Shown: positions 1 through 12,161, numbered from the stretch's first letter. The stretch: DNA of 64,000 bases from Octopus bimaculoides (GCF_001194135.2 NC_068983.1:25544696-25608695), one strand, 5' to 3'. Program-made: numbers and translations. The notes: generated by a model from the sequence alone, not told the origin.

Positions 1-1824
1 ATATATATATATATATATATATGTACACGAAGTAAACTAATATGATTTGACATACATATCTGTACCTAAACTTACAGACATATAATATAATTTTATATTC
101 AAGACGATACTGTATCTGTTCGATATTCAGGTATAGATTAATAGAAACCATTCAAACACAGTAATATACAGATATATTCAATAAATATATTGTGGGTATT
201 TTGCTGTAATGTATGAGATCTAAGCTGAAATATCATCCACTTAGATTATTTTTTCTAACATGAATAAGATAAAAGCATAAATATATACCTTCATACATAA
301 ATACATACAGATATATATATATGAATACCGATGTGTGTGTATGTGTGTATGTGTGTGTAACTATGCAAACACAAATGGAAATAATTCGCATTTATTGAAA
401 ATGGAATTCACTAGAAAACAGCCATTTCAATTTTCTTACCATATTTGCTTCTGTAAAGGAAAGTTCAGGTTCTTTAAATTCGATTGAAATCGCTTCTTTG
501 CACATGTCATAGTTAATTCATATTTCTGCCCTAGTCTCAACGCGAAACTGAACATCCTTCAGAAAGAAATTCATTCATGTCGGTGGAAATTTAACATAGA
601 TAACTGGTGTCTAACATAGTCTTGGAAAAGCAACTATAATACGGAAACACCTGCTTCATATGTAAAACTGAAAAACCTATGTATTTATTCACGGGCTACT
701 AAAATATATGTATCTTCATTCATTTGTATGAATTATCCATCCATCAAAAAACGCATCATAGGTTTCTGTAGGGTATGTAAATTTATGAGGATGAATAATT
801 AGCTGAAACTCTACGTAAAATGTTTGTCATAAGCAGGGGTAACTTACCAGCCTATAATTTGACTTTTACAATTATGGTCAACAAAATAATACCCGAGATA
901 AGTTGCACTTTCCCCGAAGACTAGTGTTCATAACATCAAATGAAATATGTTGTGTAAACAAGCCAAGCGACTGGGTTATAAAATAGCTATTACTTGACAA
1001 TTCCATAGGGTACCTTTATCTGCAGCCTCAGATATCTTGCTTTCGTCAATGATTCAAAGCAATTCAATTTGAAACACATAAAGTATCTTATTACCATTTT
1101 TGCAATTTTGTCTTGAATACATTCTTTTGCTAGAGTATATATTTAATGTATAGAACAATTGTCAGCACTTTGGTATTTAGAGTTACCTGGCGCTGTTCAT
1201 GGTTCACTCCTAGTGAAGTGAGTGAAATGGATAGATATCAAAGTATGTGTTTAATTATATGCAGTCAGCATGAGATATAGATATGTTTGTATGTATGTAT
1301 GTATGTATGTATGTATGTATGCATGTAAGCATGTATGCATGCATGTATGTATGTACGCACGCATGTATGTATGTATCTATCTATCTATCTATACCATCAT
1401 ATAGAATGCATAATTGAAACGCACATACATGCATACATAACTCAGACACACAAATACACACACATAATTAATAGTTTAAAGAAAAGAAATAATACACATA
1501 GATTATACATTTTTTTAAATCATTGTACAGTCAACTTAAAATGACTGCACGATGTTTAAAAAATGAATATTCACTGTTTTCTTTAAACTAATAATTACTT
1601 CTCCTATATTGAAAAGAATGAAGTCTCTATAAGGATTTTCAGAACTGTAAAGTACTAAGAATGATTAAACCAACGAACTATAAACAGTAGTACAGAGGCA
1701 TATGAATTCTAACCAGAATTATCAATCGCTAGCAGCGCAAACTGTTGCCCGTCTGGATAACATGTCCTCATATATATATATATATAAAGGTAAGATAACA
1801 TGTCCCCATATATATATATAAAGG

Positions 1825-3295
1825 TAAGATCCAAGAATCCATGTGCAGGAATGAAGTAGCCTTTGAATAGTCTGTAGAAGGTATATAAAACAAATTTGTG
1901 AACAATCGGGGTTTATTGGCGCAGAAGGTTATGAATTTTTTACCGTATCGAAGTTCGATAAGCTGAAAAGCATTATTCTATAGTTCACGGTTTCTAATTC
2001 GTGTCACTATCCATGCGAACAAAAATCTAAATTTTAGGAATGGAGCAGGTAAAGTCCAGGCTACATATTTTTTTCTAAATAGCAGAACCTTGGAAGTAGT
2101 AATTACTCAATGAGAAGTATTGCGCTACCAATTCACCAAGCCGAAAATACATTGATTAAAAGAATGTTAAATTGTCGTCAAGGGAACACAAGTGAACTTT
2201 CAGGAAATTTGATCGGAAATAGGTTCAAAGCACAGAGAAAGAGAACAAAAAAGAAAAGGTAGGTTTGAAGAAATGATATATGGGATTGTAAAAAGTTTCT
2301 AAGAAAAAGAATAAAAATAAAGAAGAGAAGCGAAGGAAGATTAAAGATGCTTTTTGGTAAGATTGAAGCTGCTCGGAGAAGGTCTTTGCGAATATAGGCT
2401 GAGTTTATTTACTATGTCAATTGTAAATGAATAATTATTTAGTGACTTCCTGTATATGCTTTGAAACAGAGTCAAAGAAAAATAAAGCGAAGAATACCAG
2501 GAACAGGAGAGAACGATAAATTTCAGGAGTGGAAGTAAATGGGAATTTTTTACGAGAAGAGAGGGAGGGGCTTGTGGCGACGCCTGTTGTACTCTTTCGC
2601 CTCAACTTTCTCTCACTCTTTCTTCCTGTTGCTTGAGTAACGCTGCGATAGCCTGGCGTCCCGTCCAGCTGGGGGGAACATATACGCCATAGAAACCGGG
2701 CCCATGAGCCTGGCTAGGCTTTAAAAGGGTGCATAAATAAATAAACAAAATAAGATTATTCAGAAATAGGACAACATTTCAGTTCAAAGTAAGTTGGTAG
2801 TTTAACACTCAGCAGTAAAATTATATAAACCTATATTAGCGTACACGCACGTATTTTTTCCTGTGTGCCTGTATTATTTTGTAGGTAGCTTTTGTGCGCC
2901 TGTAGTATCCTGTAGTGTTTTGTAGTATCTTGTAGGCGCCTGCATATGCTCAAGTGCAAAGGAAGGTATAGGGAGAACATGATGTTAAGAAAAAATATAG
3001 AATATAAAAAATGTAAGGGTAATTAAAAAGTTGATTGTTATAAATAGATGGAAGAGCTGCAAGTGGGAACAGGGGCATAGTTAGGGAGTAGCAAGACGGA
3101 CGCCATTATTTTTATTTTGAGAATGTGTTGCATAATTAGATTGTTTCGTTCATTAAGACAATTGGTGGATTGCATGAGAGAAAAGATTCATTGATCGCAT
3201 TTGTTGTTATACGGTTTGGAATGGATAACTATGGGCCATTTTAAATTACATGGAATTAAGTTTTGTTTTAGGCAATGTATTAGCCGAGATAAAGA
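1825..3295 (-). mobile_element. Highly degenerate Penelope-like retroelement (N-terminal region to start of RT), tentative
   Basis: Frameshifted minus-strand peptides resemble PLE motifs: LSRLIHCLKQNLIPCNLKW (cf. FL.RCL...IP.G..LK), SLDFTCSIP (cf. KGLNF.PTP), QLSNF, KIHN...PIV (cf. LPKIHK...RPIV). Many stops; interrupted by the insertion at 2563-2766. Confidence 0.35.
2563..2766 (+). repeat. 204-bp near-identical copy of the SINE 3' half plus flank at 5508-5711
   Basis: Direct alignment shows 1 mismatch in 204 bp (ggggggaac vs gggggaaac). Confidence 0.9.
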
Positions 3296-3299
3296 AATG

Positions 3300-3374
<75 letters not shown>

Positions 3375-5430
3375 TGTGTGTCTGTGTGTGCATAGTTAGA
3401 TAGTTAGTAAGCTATACACTATCCATAAGCCAACAGACGCCTGGACATTTTGTTTGTAGAAGACTTTTGAGAGTTCGGTCTAAAATAAGATTGTAAAATA
3501 GAGGGACATATAAAATTATATCTGATAGTGTCAATAACTTTTATTTTAACAGATATAATCTATCATGCAAAAATTTGCGTTTAGAAACTTCAACCAATTT
3601 TCTGAAACTTTTAGTGACCCTGATTTTTAAAGATATATCCAGTTATAAATCTTCACCCGATCTTAATTTAAAACCCTACAAGAGCTTTTCTCACGTATTT
3701 GACGGAACACATAGGTTTCTCTTATTCTCGCTTTTAACTGACTTCAATAAGTAGTTTTCTTCAATAGTGACCTTGATATACCATACTTCTCTCTAAATAT
3801 CGATACATGATATTTCTAACATTTCATTTCAATGAAAATATAATCTTTAGATTTCTTGAATTTTAATTTTAATTTTAGAAAGTAAAAAAAAAAAAAAATC
3901 CCAAAGTAAAAAAGGCAGAGAGAAAAACAACATTTGAAAAAAAAATAAGTTGACTGATAATACGAAAGGAGAAAAATTTCCTCGTACTTAATAAAATCAA
4001 TATGAAGAAACTGATTAACATTTTAAATGCGATTCATTTTAATTGTGGTAAAGGATTTGTTCAGTAGCAATATTTCTCTTCAGGGGCATCATAATCCGTA
4101 CCAACGTAAAGGGGATTTACTGATCAAACATATGTAAACTTGGATGAATTTCTAAAATGTTGACTATTTTCGATGCTTCACATACAGATACTGAATAGGG
4201 GAAATATAAAAATGCGTATACTCTATACATCTTCGTTGATTTAAATTTCAAACTTCCAAAATCATCTAAAGTTAACTTACACTTTCAGGAATTGTCGCCT
4301 GTATGATAGCTGACCGCCAAGGGGAGATCATTTATTTCTATGTTTCTATCTGTTGCCATACTTATAAGGCTGCATTTTGCTGATCGTATTCTATTGGTCT
4401 CTTTTTGAAAATATCCCATGAAGACAACAAAGTGTGAATAGAGGAAGTGAAGTCACACCGTCACATACCCAAACTGTGGAAGCATATATTTTGGAGTGGC
4501 TACCAACTCCTCAAACACAGAAGCCAGAAAAGCAGTCGCTGTGGATTGACACGTGTGATAGTTCACTCTAATGAAACAAGTAAAGCAATAAAAGAATATA
4601 TATATATATATATATATANNNNNNNNNNNNNNNNNNNNNNNNNNNNNNNNNNNNNNNNNNNNNNNNNNNNNNNNNNNNNNNNNNNNNNNNNNNNNNNNNN
4701 NNNNNNNNNNNNNNNNNNNNNNNNNNNNNNNNNNNNNNNNNNNNNNNNNNNNNNNNNNNNNNNNNNNNNNNNNNNNNNNNNNNNNNNNNNNNNNNNNNNN
4801 NNNNNNNNNNNNNNNNNNNNNNNNNNNNNNNNNNNNNNNNNNNNNNNNNNNNNNNNNNNNNNNNNNNNNNNNNNNNNNNNNNNNNNNNNNNNNNNNNNNN
4901 NNNNNNNNNNNNNNNNNNNNNNNNNNNNNNNNNNNNNNNNNNNNNNNNNNNNNNNNNNNNNNNNNNNNNNNNNNNNNNNNNNNNNNNNNNNNNNNNNNNN
5001 NNNNNNNNNNNNNNNNNNNNNNNNNNNNNNNNNNNNNNNNNNNNNNNNNNNNNNNNNNNNNNNNNNNNATATATATATATATATATATATACATATATCT
5101 GTATATATGTGTATGTGTCTGTGTTTTGTATGTGTGTGAGTAAATTTAAGTGTGTGTGCGTGCGTGCGCATAAGCCGGTGAGCCTTTGGGAGATTCAGTG
5201 GTACATTGAATAAAATTTACTTCGGTATTTACTTTTTTATTTTTGCTCCTACAATAATTTCGAATCTGCAATTGGTAATTTGGAAGATGTTAAAGTATTT
5301 CTAGCATAAATAGCTTCTATAAAAATTGTTAGCTTTTCCTAGAGGATGACCGAAGTACCAAGATTGAACGCATTGAAATTATACATAAGACAATAAGGTT
5401 CAGAATTTCTATGCATTTATAAGATTATTC

Positions 5431-5694
5431 GTGGAGGGCAATGGCCCAGTGGTTAGGGCGTTGTGAATGCTTATTGAGCGAAAACACCAAAAGCCCCACG
5501 AGGCTCCGGGAGGGGCTTGTGGCGACGCCTGTTGTACTCTTTCGCCTCAACTTTCTCTCACTCTTTCTTCCTGTTGCTTGAGTAACGCTGCGATAGCCTG
5601 GCGTCCCGTCCAGCTGGGGGAAACATATACGCCATAGAAACCGGGCCCATGAGCCTGGCTAGGCTTTAAAAGGGTGCATAAATAAATAAACAAA
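5431..5694 (+). mobile_element. tRNA-derived SINE with 12-bp TSD and an internally deleted head
   Basis: ATAAGATTATTC at 5419-5430 and 5695-5706; A-box-like TGGCCCAGTGGTTAGG; (TAAA)n tail; homologous to the copies at 7035 and 22009-22317. Confidence 0.85.
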
Positions 5695-5855
5695 ATAAGA
5701 TTATTCAGAAACTTGCATAAATACACAAATAGATACAAGAATGAAATATCACAACTAACAACGTAAATACACACACACTGAAATCAAACACACTGAAAAA
5801 AATCAATTAGACACACACATATTCATAACTAAATAAACATGAACACATATAAACG

Positions 5856-6067
5856 TTTCTACTTTAGGCACAAGGCCCGAAATTTTTGGGGGAGGGGATT
5901 AAATCGATTAGAACGACTCCAGTAATCAACTGGTACTGAATTTATCGACCCTGAAAAGATAAAAGACAAAGTCGACCTCGGCGGAATTTGAACTCTGAAC
6001 GTTAAGACAGACGAAATACCAATAAGCATTTCGCCCGGTGTGCTAACGCGCCTGGGACCACGCCGCC
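5856..6067 (-). mobile_element. tRNA-derived SINE, family A (GGCG..CTGGCAGAA..GTTAGC..GAGTTCAAATTCCGCCGAGGTCGAC..)
   Basis: Homologous to more than 10 other copies in the window; B-box-like GAGTTCAAATTC; ends AGTAGAAA. Confidence 0.85.
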
Positions 6068-6468
6068 ATACATAGGTACATATATTGATGAGCTTATGGA
6101 AGAAAAATAACCTAAAAACTGTGAAGCAGTTTAATCTTTGCTTTACGTGTTATTCCATTTAAAAAAAAAAAAAAATTTCTCACTCAAAGAGAGTAACACT
6201 TAGCAATTGTAACAGGTGGGATTAATTACCTACGTTATAGAGAAATATAAATCTATTTTTACAGAGCGCTTACGTAAACATTACCTACTTACAACCACAC
6301 ACATACACACGCGTGCAGTCGCTCACACACCCATATATACATACTCAGACATACATGTACGTTTCTATTTATATTTGAGTGTACATATATATATTTATAT
6401 ATGTGTGTGTATATATATATATATTGATAGATGATTACATACACACCCACAAGTATACGCGTATATGC

Positions 6469-6519
<51 letters not shown>

Positions 6520-6867
6520 CATACATACATACATACAGGCACGTATACGTAAGTCTGTGTGTGTGTATATTTAACTTTTGTCTGCAGTAAAGAGAAAGAG
6601 TAATTTCTTTTGTAGGAAGTAATTTTATATTGTTTGCTCCCTTAATTAGTTTCAATGAAAATGTAATTACCTTCACTTATGGATACATTCCATATGCACT
6701 ATTAAGTCTGTTATTTCTGTGACTATAGAATCAAAAAGTATATAACACTGAAATGTATTCCTACGGTGAACTTTTTAGGTAATTAACGAAAGCGTTAGTA
6801 GAGCATGCATAATTGCATATTTCCAAAGGCCAGCGTATATTTAAAATAAATGATAATGAAATCGAAC

Positions 6868-7456
6868 AGGCGCAGGAGTGGCTGTGTGGCAAGTAGCTTG
6901 TTTACAAACCCCATGGTTCCGGGTTCAGTCTACTACAACCTCAGACCAACCAGAGTGGATTTGGTAGCCGGAAACTGAAAGAAGCCTGTCGTATATATAT
7001 ATGTATGTATGTGTGTGTGTGTGTGTGTGTGTATGTGGAGGCGCAATTCCCAGTGGCTAGGGCAGCGCACTCGCGGTCGGAGGATCGCAGTTTCCATTCG
7101 CAGACCGGGCGTTGTGTGTGTTTATTGAGCGAAAACACCTAAAGCTCCACGAGGCTCCTGCATAGGGTGGTGGCGAACCCTGTTGTATTCTTTCATCCCA
7201 ACTTTCTCTCACTCTTTCNNNNNNNNNNNNNNNNNNNNNNNNNNNNNNNNNNNNNNNNNNNNNNNNNNNNNNNNNNNNNNNNNNNNNNNNNNNNNNNNNN
7301 NNNNNNNNNNNNNNNNNNNNNNNNNNNNNNNNNNNNNNNNNNNNNNNNNNNNNNNNNNNNNNNNNNNNNNNNNNNNNNNNNNNNNNNNNNNNNNNNNNNN
7401 NNNNNNNNNNNNNNNNNNNNNNNNNNNNNNNNNNNNNNNNNNNNNNNNNNNNNNNN

Positions 7457-7503
<47 letters not shown>

Positions 7504-7711
7504 TGTGTGTCTGTGCTTGTCCTCCCATCATCGATTGAGAATCGAAGTTGGTGCGTTTACCTCCCCGTAACGTTACTGTTCGGCAAAAGGGACGGATAGG
7601 ATAAGTACTAGGCTTACAAAGAATAAGTCCTGGGGGCGATTTGTTCTATTCAAGGCAGTGCTCCAGCATGGTTGCAGTCAAATGACTGAAACAAATAAGA
7701 GAGTAAAAAAG
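6868..7711 (+). mobile_element. Composite SINE (tRNA-like head + internal TA/TG microsatellite + conserved tail), with another SINE and a gap nested in the microsatellite
   Basis: Head AGGCGCAGGAGTGGCTGTGTGG..GGTTCCGGGTTCAGTC at 6868; tail ..AAGAATAAGTCCTGGGG..CAGTCAAATGACTGAAACAA..AGAG to 7711; same architecture as 46451-46910. Confidence 0.8.
7035..7218 (+). mobile_element. tRNA-derived SINE (same family as 5431) nested in the microsatellite of the composite SINE; truncated by gap
   Basis: GTGGAGGCGCAATTCCCAGTGGCTAGGGC..TTTATTGAGCGAAAACACCTAAAGCTCCACGAGGCTCC..CAACTTTCTCTCACTCTTTC matches the 5431 copy. Confidence 0.8.
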
Positions 7712-7924
7712 CTCAAGCACACGCACAGTTACATATAACCGCATCTTCATACATACAACTTTCCTTACCTATATAACAACTGAAAAGACAATGTCAGTAG
7801 CAAAAACAACAACAATTATCAAACAGATTTCAATTTTGGCGCAAAGCCAGCAAACTTAGTGGTGAAGGGATGCATAGATTACATCGATCCCAATGTTCGA
7901 CTTGTCCTTATTTCATTGATCTCA

Positions 7925-9656
7925 ATGAGAAACCTTATATGGAATAGCATCAAATTCTGGAGAACGGAATTGACAGTAAGGAAACAAGTACTAAGTGAGG
8001 TGAAAATCAAGAGAGGAATCTTCCACGGAGACAGTGTGTCCCCGCTGATATTCGTGCTGGGAATGATCCCCTTGAATAAAATACTGCATAAAACAACGTT
8101 GGGCTATTATCTGGGAAGAGGTAAGTGATAATGAAACCACTTGCTATTCATGGACGACCTGAAGTAATTCTCAAAAACTGGTGTACAACTGGACAGTCTA
8201 GTCCAGTCTGTGCAGATTTTCTCCAATAATGTTAAGATGGAGTTTGGACTCTCAAAATGTGCTACGATGGTGATGAGACAAGGAAAGCTTGCCAAGACAG
8301 AAAGCATATAGTTGCCAAATGGTGGAATGTGAAGGCAATTCAACCTGAATCCAGCTATAAATAACTGGGAATACTTAAGGCAAATGGAGTCAAGCACCAG
8401 AACCTGAAGGAAAACAGAAAAAAAGAGAGTATCTGCGGGGAGGGAGAAACATACTGGCTTCAAAGCTAAATGCCAGAAACATAATTTCGGCGATAAACAC
8501 GCGCACAGTCGCAATAGTTCGGTACGACGCTGGAATCTTGAAGTGAACAGAGGAGGAGCTAAAGGAGATGGACAGAAAATTAACAAAGCTCCTAACGATG
8601 CATGGAGCCTGATCGCTTATACATGAAGAGAGCAAATGGAGGACGGGGGCTGATAAATGTGAACGATTGCATGGATATTAACTCGAGACTTAATAAGATA
8701 CTTAAACCAAAGTAAAGAAACCTTGCTTGTGACAGTTAGGAACGAGGGAGTACTGAGAGCGGAGAAAAAGGGAAAACAAGTGAAGAAGTACAAAAGGGAC
8801 ATGAATAAGAATTACACAAGAGACTACACAATCAATTCCATATAGCTACAAAAGAAGTTGCTAGAAAAAAAAGGCGGGATTGGCTGATGAAAAGAACACT
8901 AAAAAAGAGACCGAGAGCACTAAACTGGCATCGTAAAACCAAGCTTTGGCCATGGACTGAAGCGGTCAACCGAAGGAATGAGCAAGTATTTCTGCAATAG
9001 AGTGGATGAAACCATTGCACATATAACGAACGAATAGGCTAGATTGCCCAAAACCACTACAAGTTGTGGCGACTCGACCAGGTAACGAAAGTGCTACATT
9101 GGAAACTGTGCTAAAAGTGGGGCCTAGAGAGAGGCATGATGTGGTATGAGCACAAACCGCAGGGAGTGGCTGAGTCAGAGACCAGCAAAACCCTCTGGGA
9201 TTTCCCAATCCAAACAGATCATGTGCTAGAGCATAACAGACCGGACCTAGTGGTAGTGGATAAGATGCATCACATATGCTATATAGCTGACGTTCATGCC
9301 CCTTTAATTCACGAATATTCAAGAAGGACACCAAAATATAGATAGATAAATACAACCTTCTTAAGTACGAAATAACCTGGTTATGGAAAATGAAGAAGGT
9401 GAAGATAGTGCCAATTATTGTTGTCGTGTCCTTGAGAACATTGTCAGAAGGCATCAAGAGGAATATAAAAGAAATTGGATTAGTGTTCCCTGCAGAACTG
9501 TTACAAATGTTTAGCCTCCTCGGTACGGCCAGAATAATTAGGAAAGAACGAATAGCATGATACCTTAGGCTACAGTTAGTAAGCCCGCTACGCATGCAAA
9601 ACTGCAGGAGCTCCAACAAAACTCGTGAGAAGGACAAAATACTACTACTACTACTG

Positions 9657-9701
<45 letters not shown>

Positions 9702-9722
9702 ATAATAATAATAATAATAATA
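7925..9722 (+). mobile_element. 5'-truncated RLE-type non-LTR retrotransposon, R4/Dong clade (RT C-terminal half + restriction-like endonuclease), pseudogenised
   Basis: IKRGIFHGDSVSPLIF; NHLLFMDDLK; FGLSKCA; YK*LG; RLYMKRANGGRGL; WYEHKPQGV..LWDFPIQTDHVLEHNRPDLVVVDK; KKVKIVPIIV; LLGTARIIRK; 3' UTR followed by (ACT)n(AAT)n tail. Multiple stops and frameshifts. Confidence 0.9.
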
Positions 9723-9723
9723 A

Positions 9724-9830
9724 TGGTTTCAAATTGTGGCACAAGCCCGGCAATTTCGGGAAAGCGATTAAGTTGATTACTTTGACCACATCCCGAGACG
9801 ATAAAAGGTAAAGATAAAGTCGACCTCTTT
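9724..9830 (-). mobile_element. SINE family A 3' fragment, cut by gap
   Basis: GTTTCAAATTGTGGCACAAGCC..AAAGTCGACCTC homologous to the other family-A copies. Confidence 0.65.
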
Positions 9831-9893
9831 NNNNNNNNNNNNNNNNNNNNNNNNNNNNNNNNNNNNNNNNNNNNNNNNNNNNNNNNNNNNNNN

Positions 9894-10137
9894 GGAAAGG
9901 AAAGAGGTACATACATATATTTGTATATACATGCATATTTGGGCACAGGACACCACAGAAAGTAAACAACATGAAATACAAATACAAAAAAACAACAAAG
10001 TGAGGACGTGATATGGATAGTATTATTGGACGCTCAGGAAAGGAAAGAGGTACATACATATATTTGTATATACATGCATATTTGGGCACAGGACACCACA
10101 GAAAGTAAACAACATGAAATACAAATACAAAAAAACA
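9894..10137. repeat. 143-bp-period tandem duplication (101 bp identical), possibly from a Penelope-like element terminus
   Basis: 9894-9994 is identical to 10037-10137; the spacer GGATAGTATTATTGGACGCTCAGG resembles 44570-44595 of the hammerhead-bearing relic. Abuts an N-gap. Confidence 0.65.
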
Positions 10138-10279
10138 TGGAATACGAACTTTATTTGTGAAGAGCAAAGGAAACAAACGGAAAACAAAGAAGCAACACGA
10201 GAAAACGACCCTTCATCAGTTGTTGGCTGTTTTTCCGACAATAAAAAGAATAACATTTATCATGAGGTCCTTGTTTTTA

Positions 10280-10780
10280 TTGTTATTTCACACCTCAGAT
10301 CTCTCGAGATAACTTGCTCCGGTTAATTCTGTAAGAGTAGACAACAACCTCCTGTCTAGAGTTTCACAGTTTCTTACCCAACGATGTTGAACATCCAAGT
10401 ACCGATCAAATAATTCACTGCCCTCAACAAAGCAGTTGTCTGATCATATTCTATCCTCATGTCAATCCCAATTTCTCCAATACATTTCTCAGATCTGATT
10501 GCTAATGGCCCCAATGCCCCAACAACTAGGCTAACAGTTACTTTCTTCATTACTCACATTCGTGCAATCTTATCTTTCAGCTTTTGTATTACTCATCTTT
10601 TCCATTTCTTTATCATCCGGTCGTACATCCCCAGGTATGCCAATATGTATGAACCTGGTTTCATTCAGCATTGTATAAACTACTACGATGTCAAGTCTCC
10701 GAGGATCAATCACTAAATCGCAGCGGATACAAAATCCCACAAGACGTTACACTCATTAAACATGGCGATATGTTCTGGTT
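10280..10780 (-). mobile_element. R4/Dong-clade LINE 3' fragment (RLE endonuclease domain + 3' UTR), degenerate
   Basis: Minus-strand translation VLWDF-IRCDLVIDPRRLDIVVV..IGIPGDVRPDDKEMEK..LKDKIARM*VMKKVTVSLVVGALG..TALLRA. Confidence 0.8.
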
Positions 10781-11022
10781 TATGCTCCCATTATTATTTA
10801 AATATATGTAGAAAGTCTTCCTATCTCCATCAGTCTGTATTTCTTTCTACCAGCAGTTTCAGTCTCTAGATCTCCCCTCGCAAAATGCACCACGTGACCT
10901 GCTTTCTGATTATAAATCTTAAGATTCTGTTTTGTCTTGACCACTCTTCTGGACAGTCCGGGTTTCATATATTTATTGTTTATGAGTTTAAAAAGCACAC
11001 TATATTTCGCCATTATCTTACG

Positions 11023-11024
<2 letters not shown>

Positions 11025-11063
<39 letters not shown>

Positions 11064-11072
11064 CTCTATCTC

Positions 11073-11126
<54 letters not shown>

Positions 11127-11128
11127 AT
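11025..11128. repeat. (CT)n/(CTAT)n microsatellite
   Basis: Direct inspection. Confidence 0.95.
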
Positions 11129-11399
11129 TACGCTTAATCGCTTTATCTGTGTTTTTATCTACCTATCCTTCTCTCCACTCTTCCTCCTTACCTCTCTGTT
11201 GCTTTCTCTGTCTCCGATTCATACTTAATAATTACGTTACTCCTTTTCCTTATTTACGTAACATTCAATACTCTCATACATCGTTCTTACTATCAATTAA
11301 TCTCTCTGATTTCCTTTCTTCTTCGTATCCGTTTATCTTCTTTTTATCTATTGCTCTCTTCTTTTTACTTTCCCCCACTGTGTATTATTTCTGCAAGGC

Positions 11400-11980
11400 C
11401 CCTTTTTCTCCCCCCCTCTCTCTCCTTTCTTCCAGACATTCTCTGAACCTGCCTGAACCCTTTTCTGTCTCCCCCCGTCTCGAAGGCACCTCGAAGTTGC
11501 CCAGAAGCCTTCTTACTCTTTCTCATGTTACTCATTCTATTCTGAATTGATCGGTTCGTCTTCTTTTCCAGCTCGTGATTTCTCCTTGATTTGACATTCA
11601 GTTGTAGCTCCTGATTTGCCTTAGGATTTTGTATTATTTTTTTAAACTTTCGTGTTTGATCAAGTTCAATAGAACCATTATCGTTCGTATTAGCTTTATG
11701 ACATAAAACTGATCTTACTTTTGTGTCTAGTGCGAAAGATATTCTATGCATATGAATTTGCACTGCTATTGTTTTCTATATTATCTGTTTCTGTCTTTGC
11801 CTATATCTTCCTTCTCCTCCTTATAAATCAAGTTTATTTATCATTCGGCCTATTGACTTTATCACTTCTCCTCGTTGTACGTATTTCCTTTAATTTGTCC
11901 ATCCATGATCGCTCGTTTATATCCTTGGTGCGTTTGCTGTTTATATCAAGAGACGGAACAAAATTGACTGCGATGTGTAG
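11400..11980 (-). mobile_element. Possible degenerate APE-endonuclease LINE fragment (RTE-like), tentative
   Basis: ORF 11365-11763 contains SVLCHKANTNDNGSIELD (cf. SLH..TNDNG.RLID) and QLRGAFETGGD (cf. VRS.RGA...SDH). Weak similarity only. Confidence 0.25.
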
Positions 11981-12115
11981 AAATGTTATTTGGGCGACAC
12001 CTAATAATGTATGTGTGTGTTTTTAAAATGTTTTTCTTTATATTCCTTTTTGCCCACCTGCGTCACATTTTCATTATGTGTGTATATATAAATATTATAT
12101 ATGCATACAGAAATC

Positions 12116-12161
<46 letters not shown>

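Noticed and set aside
845-945. Minus-strand exon candidate ending at CTG|GTAAGT
   Set aside because: Good donor but weak acceptor, and the only open frame is short and unrecognisable.
7035-7110. tRNA gene
   Set aside because: It has a tRNA-like A/B-box region but no complete cloverleaf, and continues into SINE body shared with 5431 and 22009; it is a SINE head.
10190-10225. Second hammerhead (minus-strand CTGATGAAGGG)
   Set aside because: No stem II closure or GAAA half-core follows; at best a fully decayed relic.
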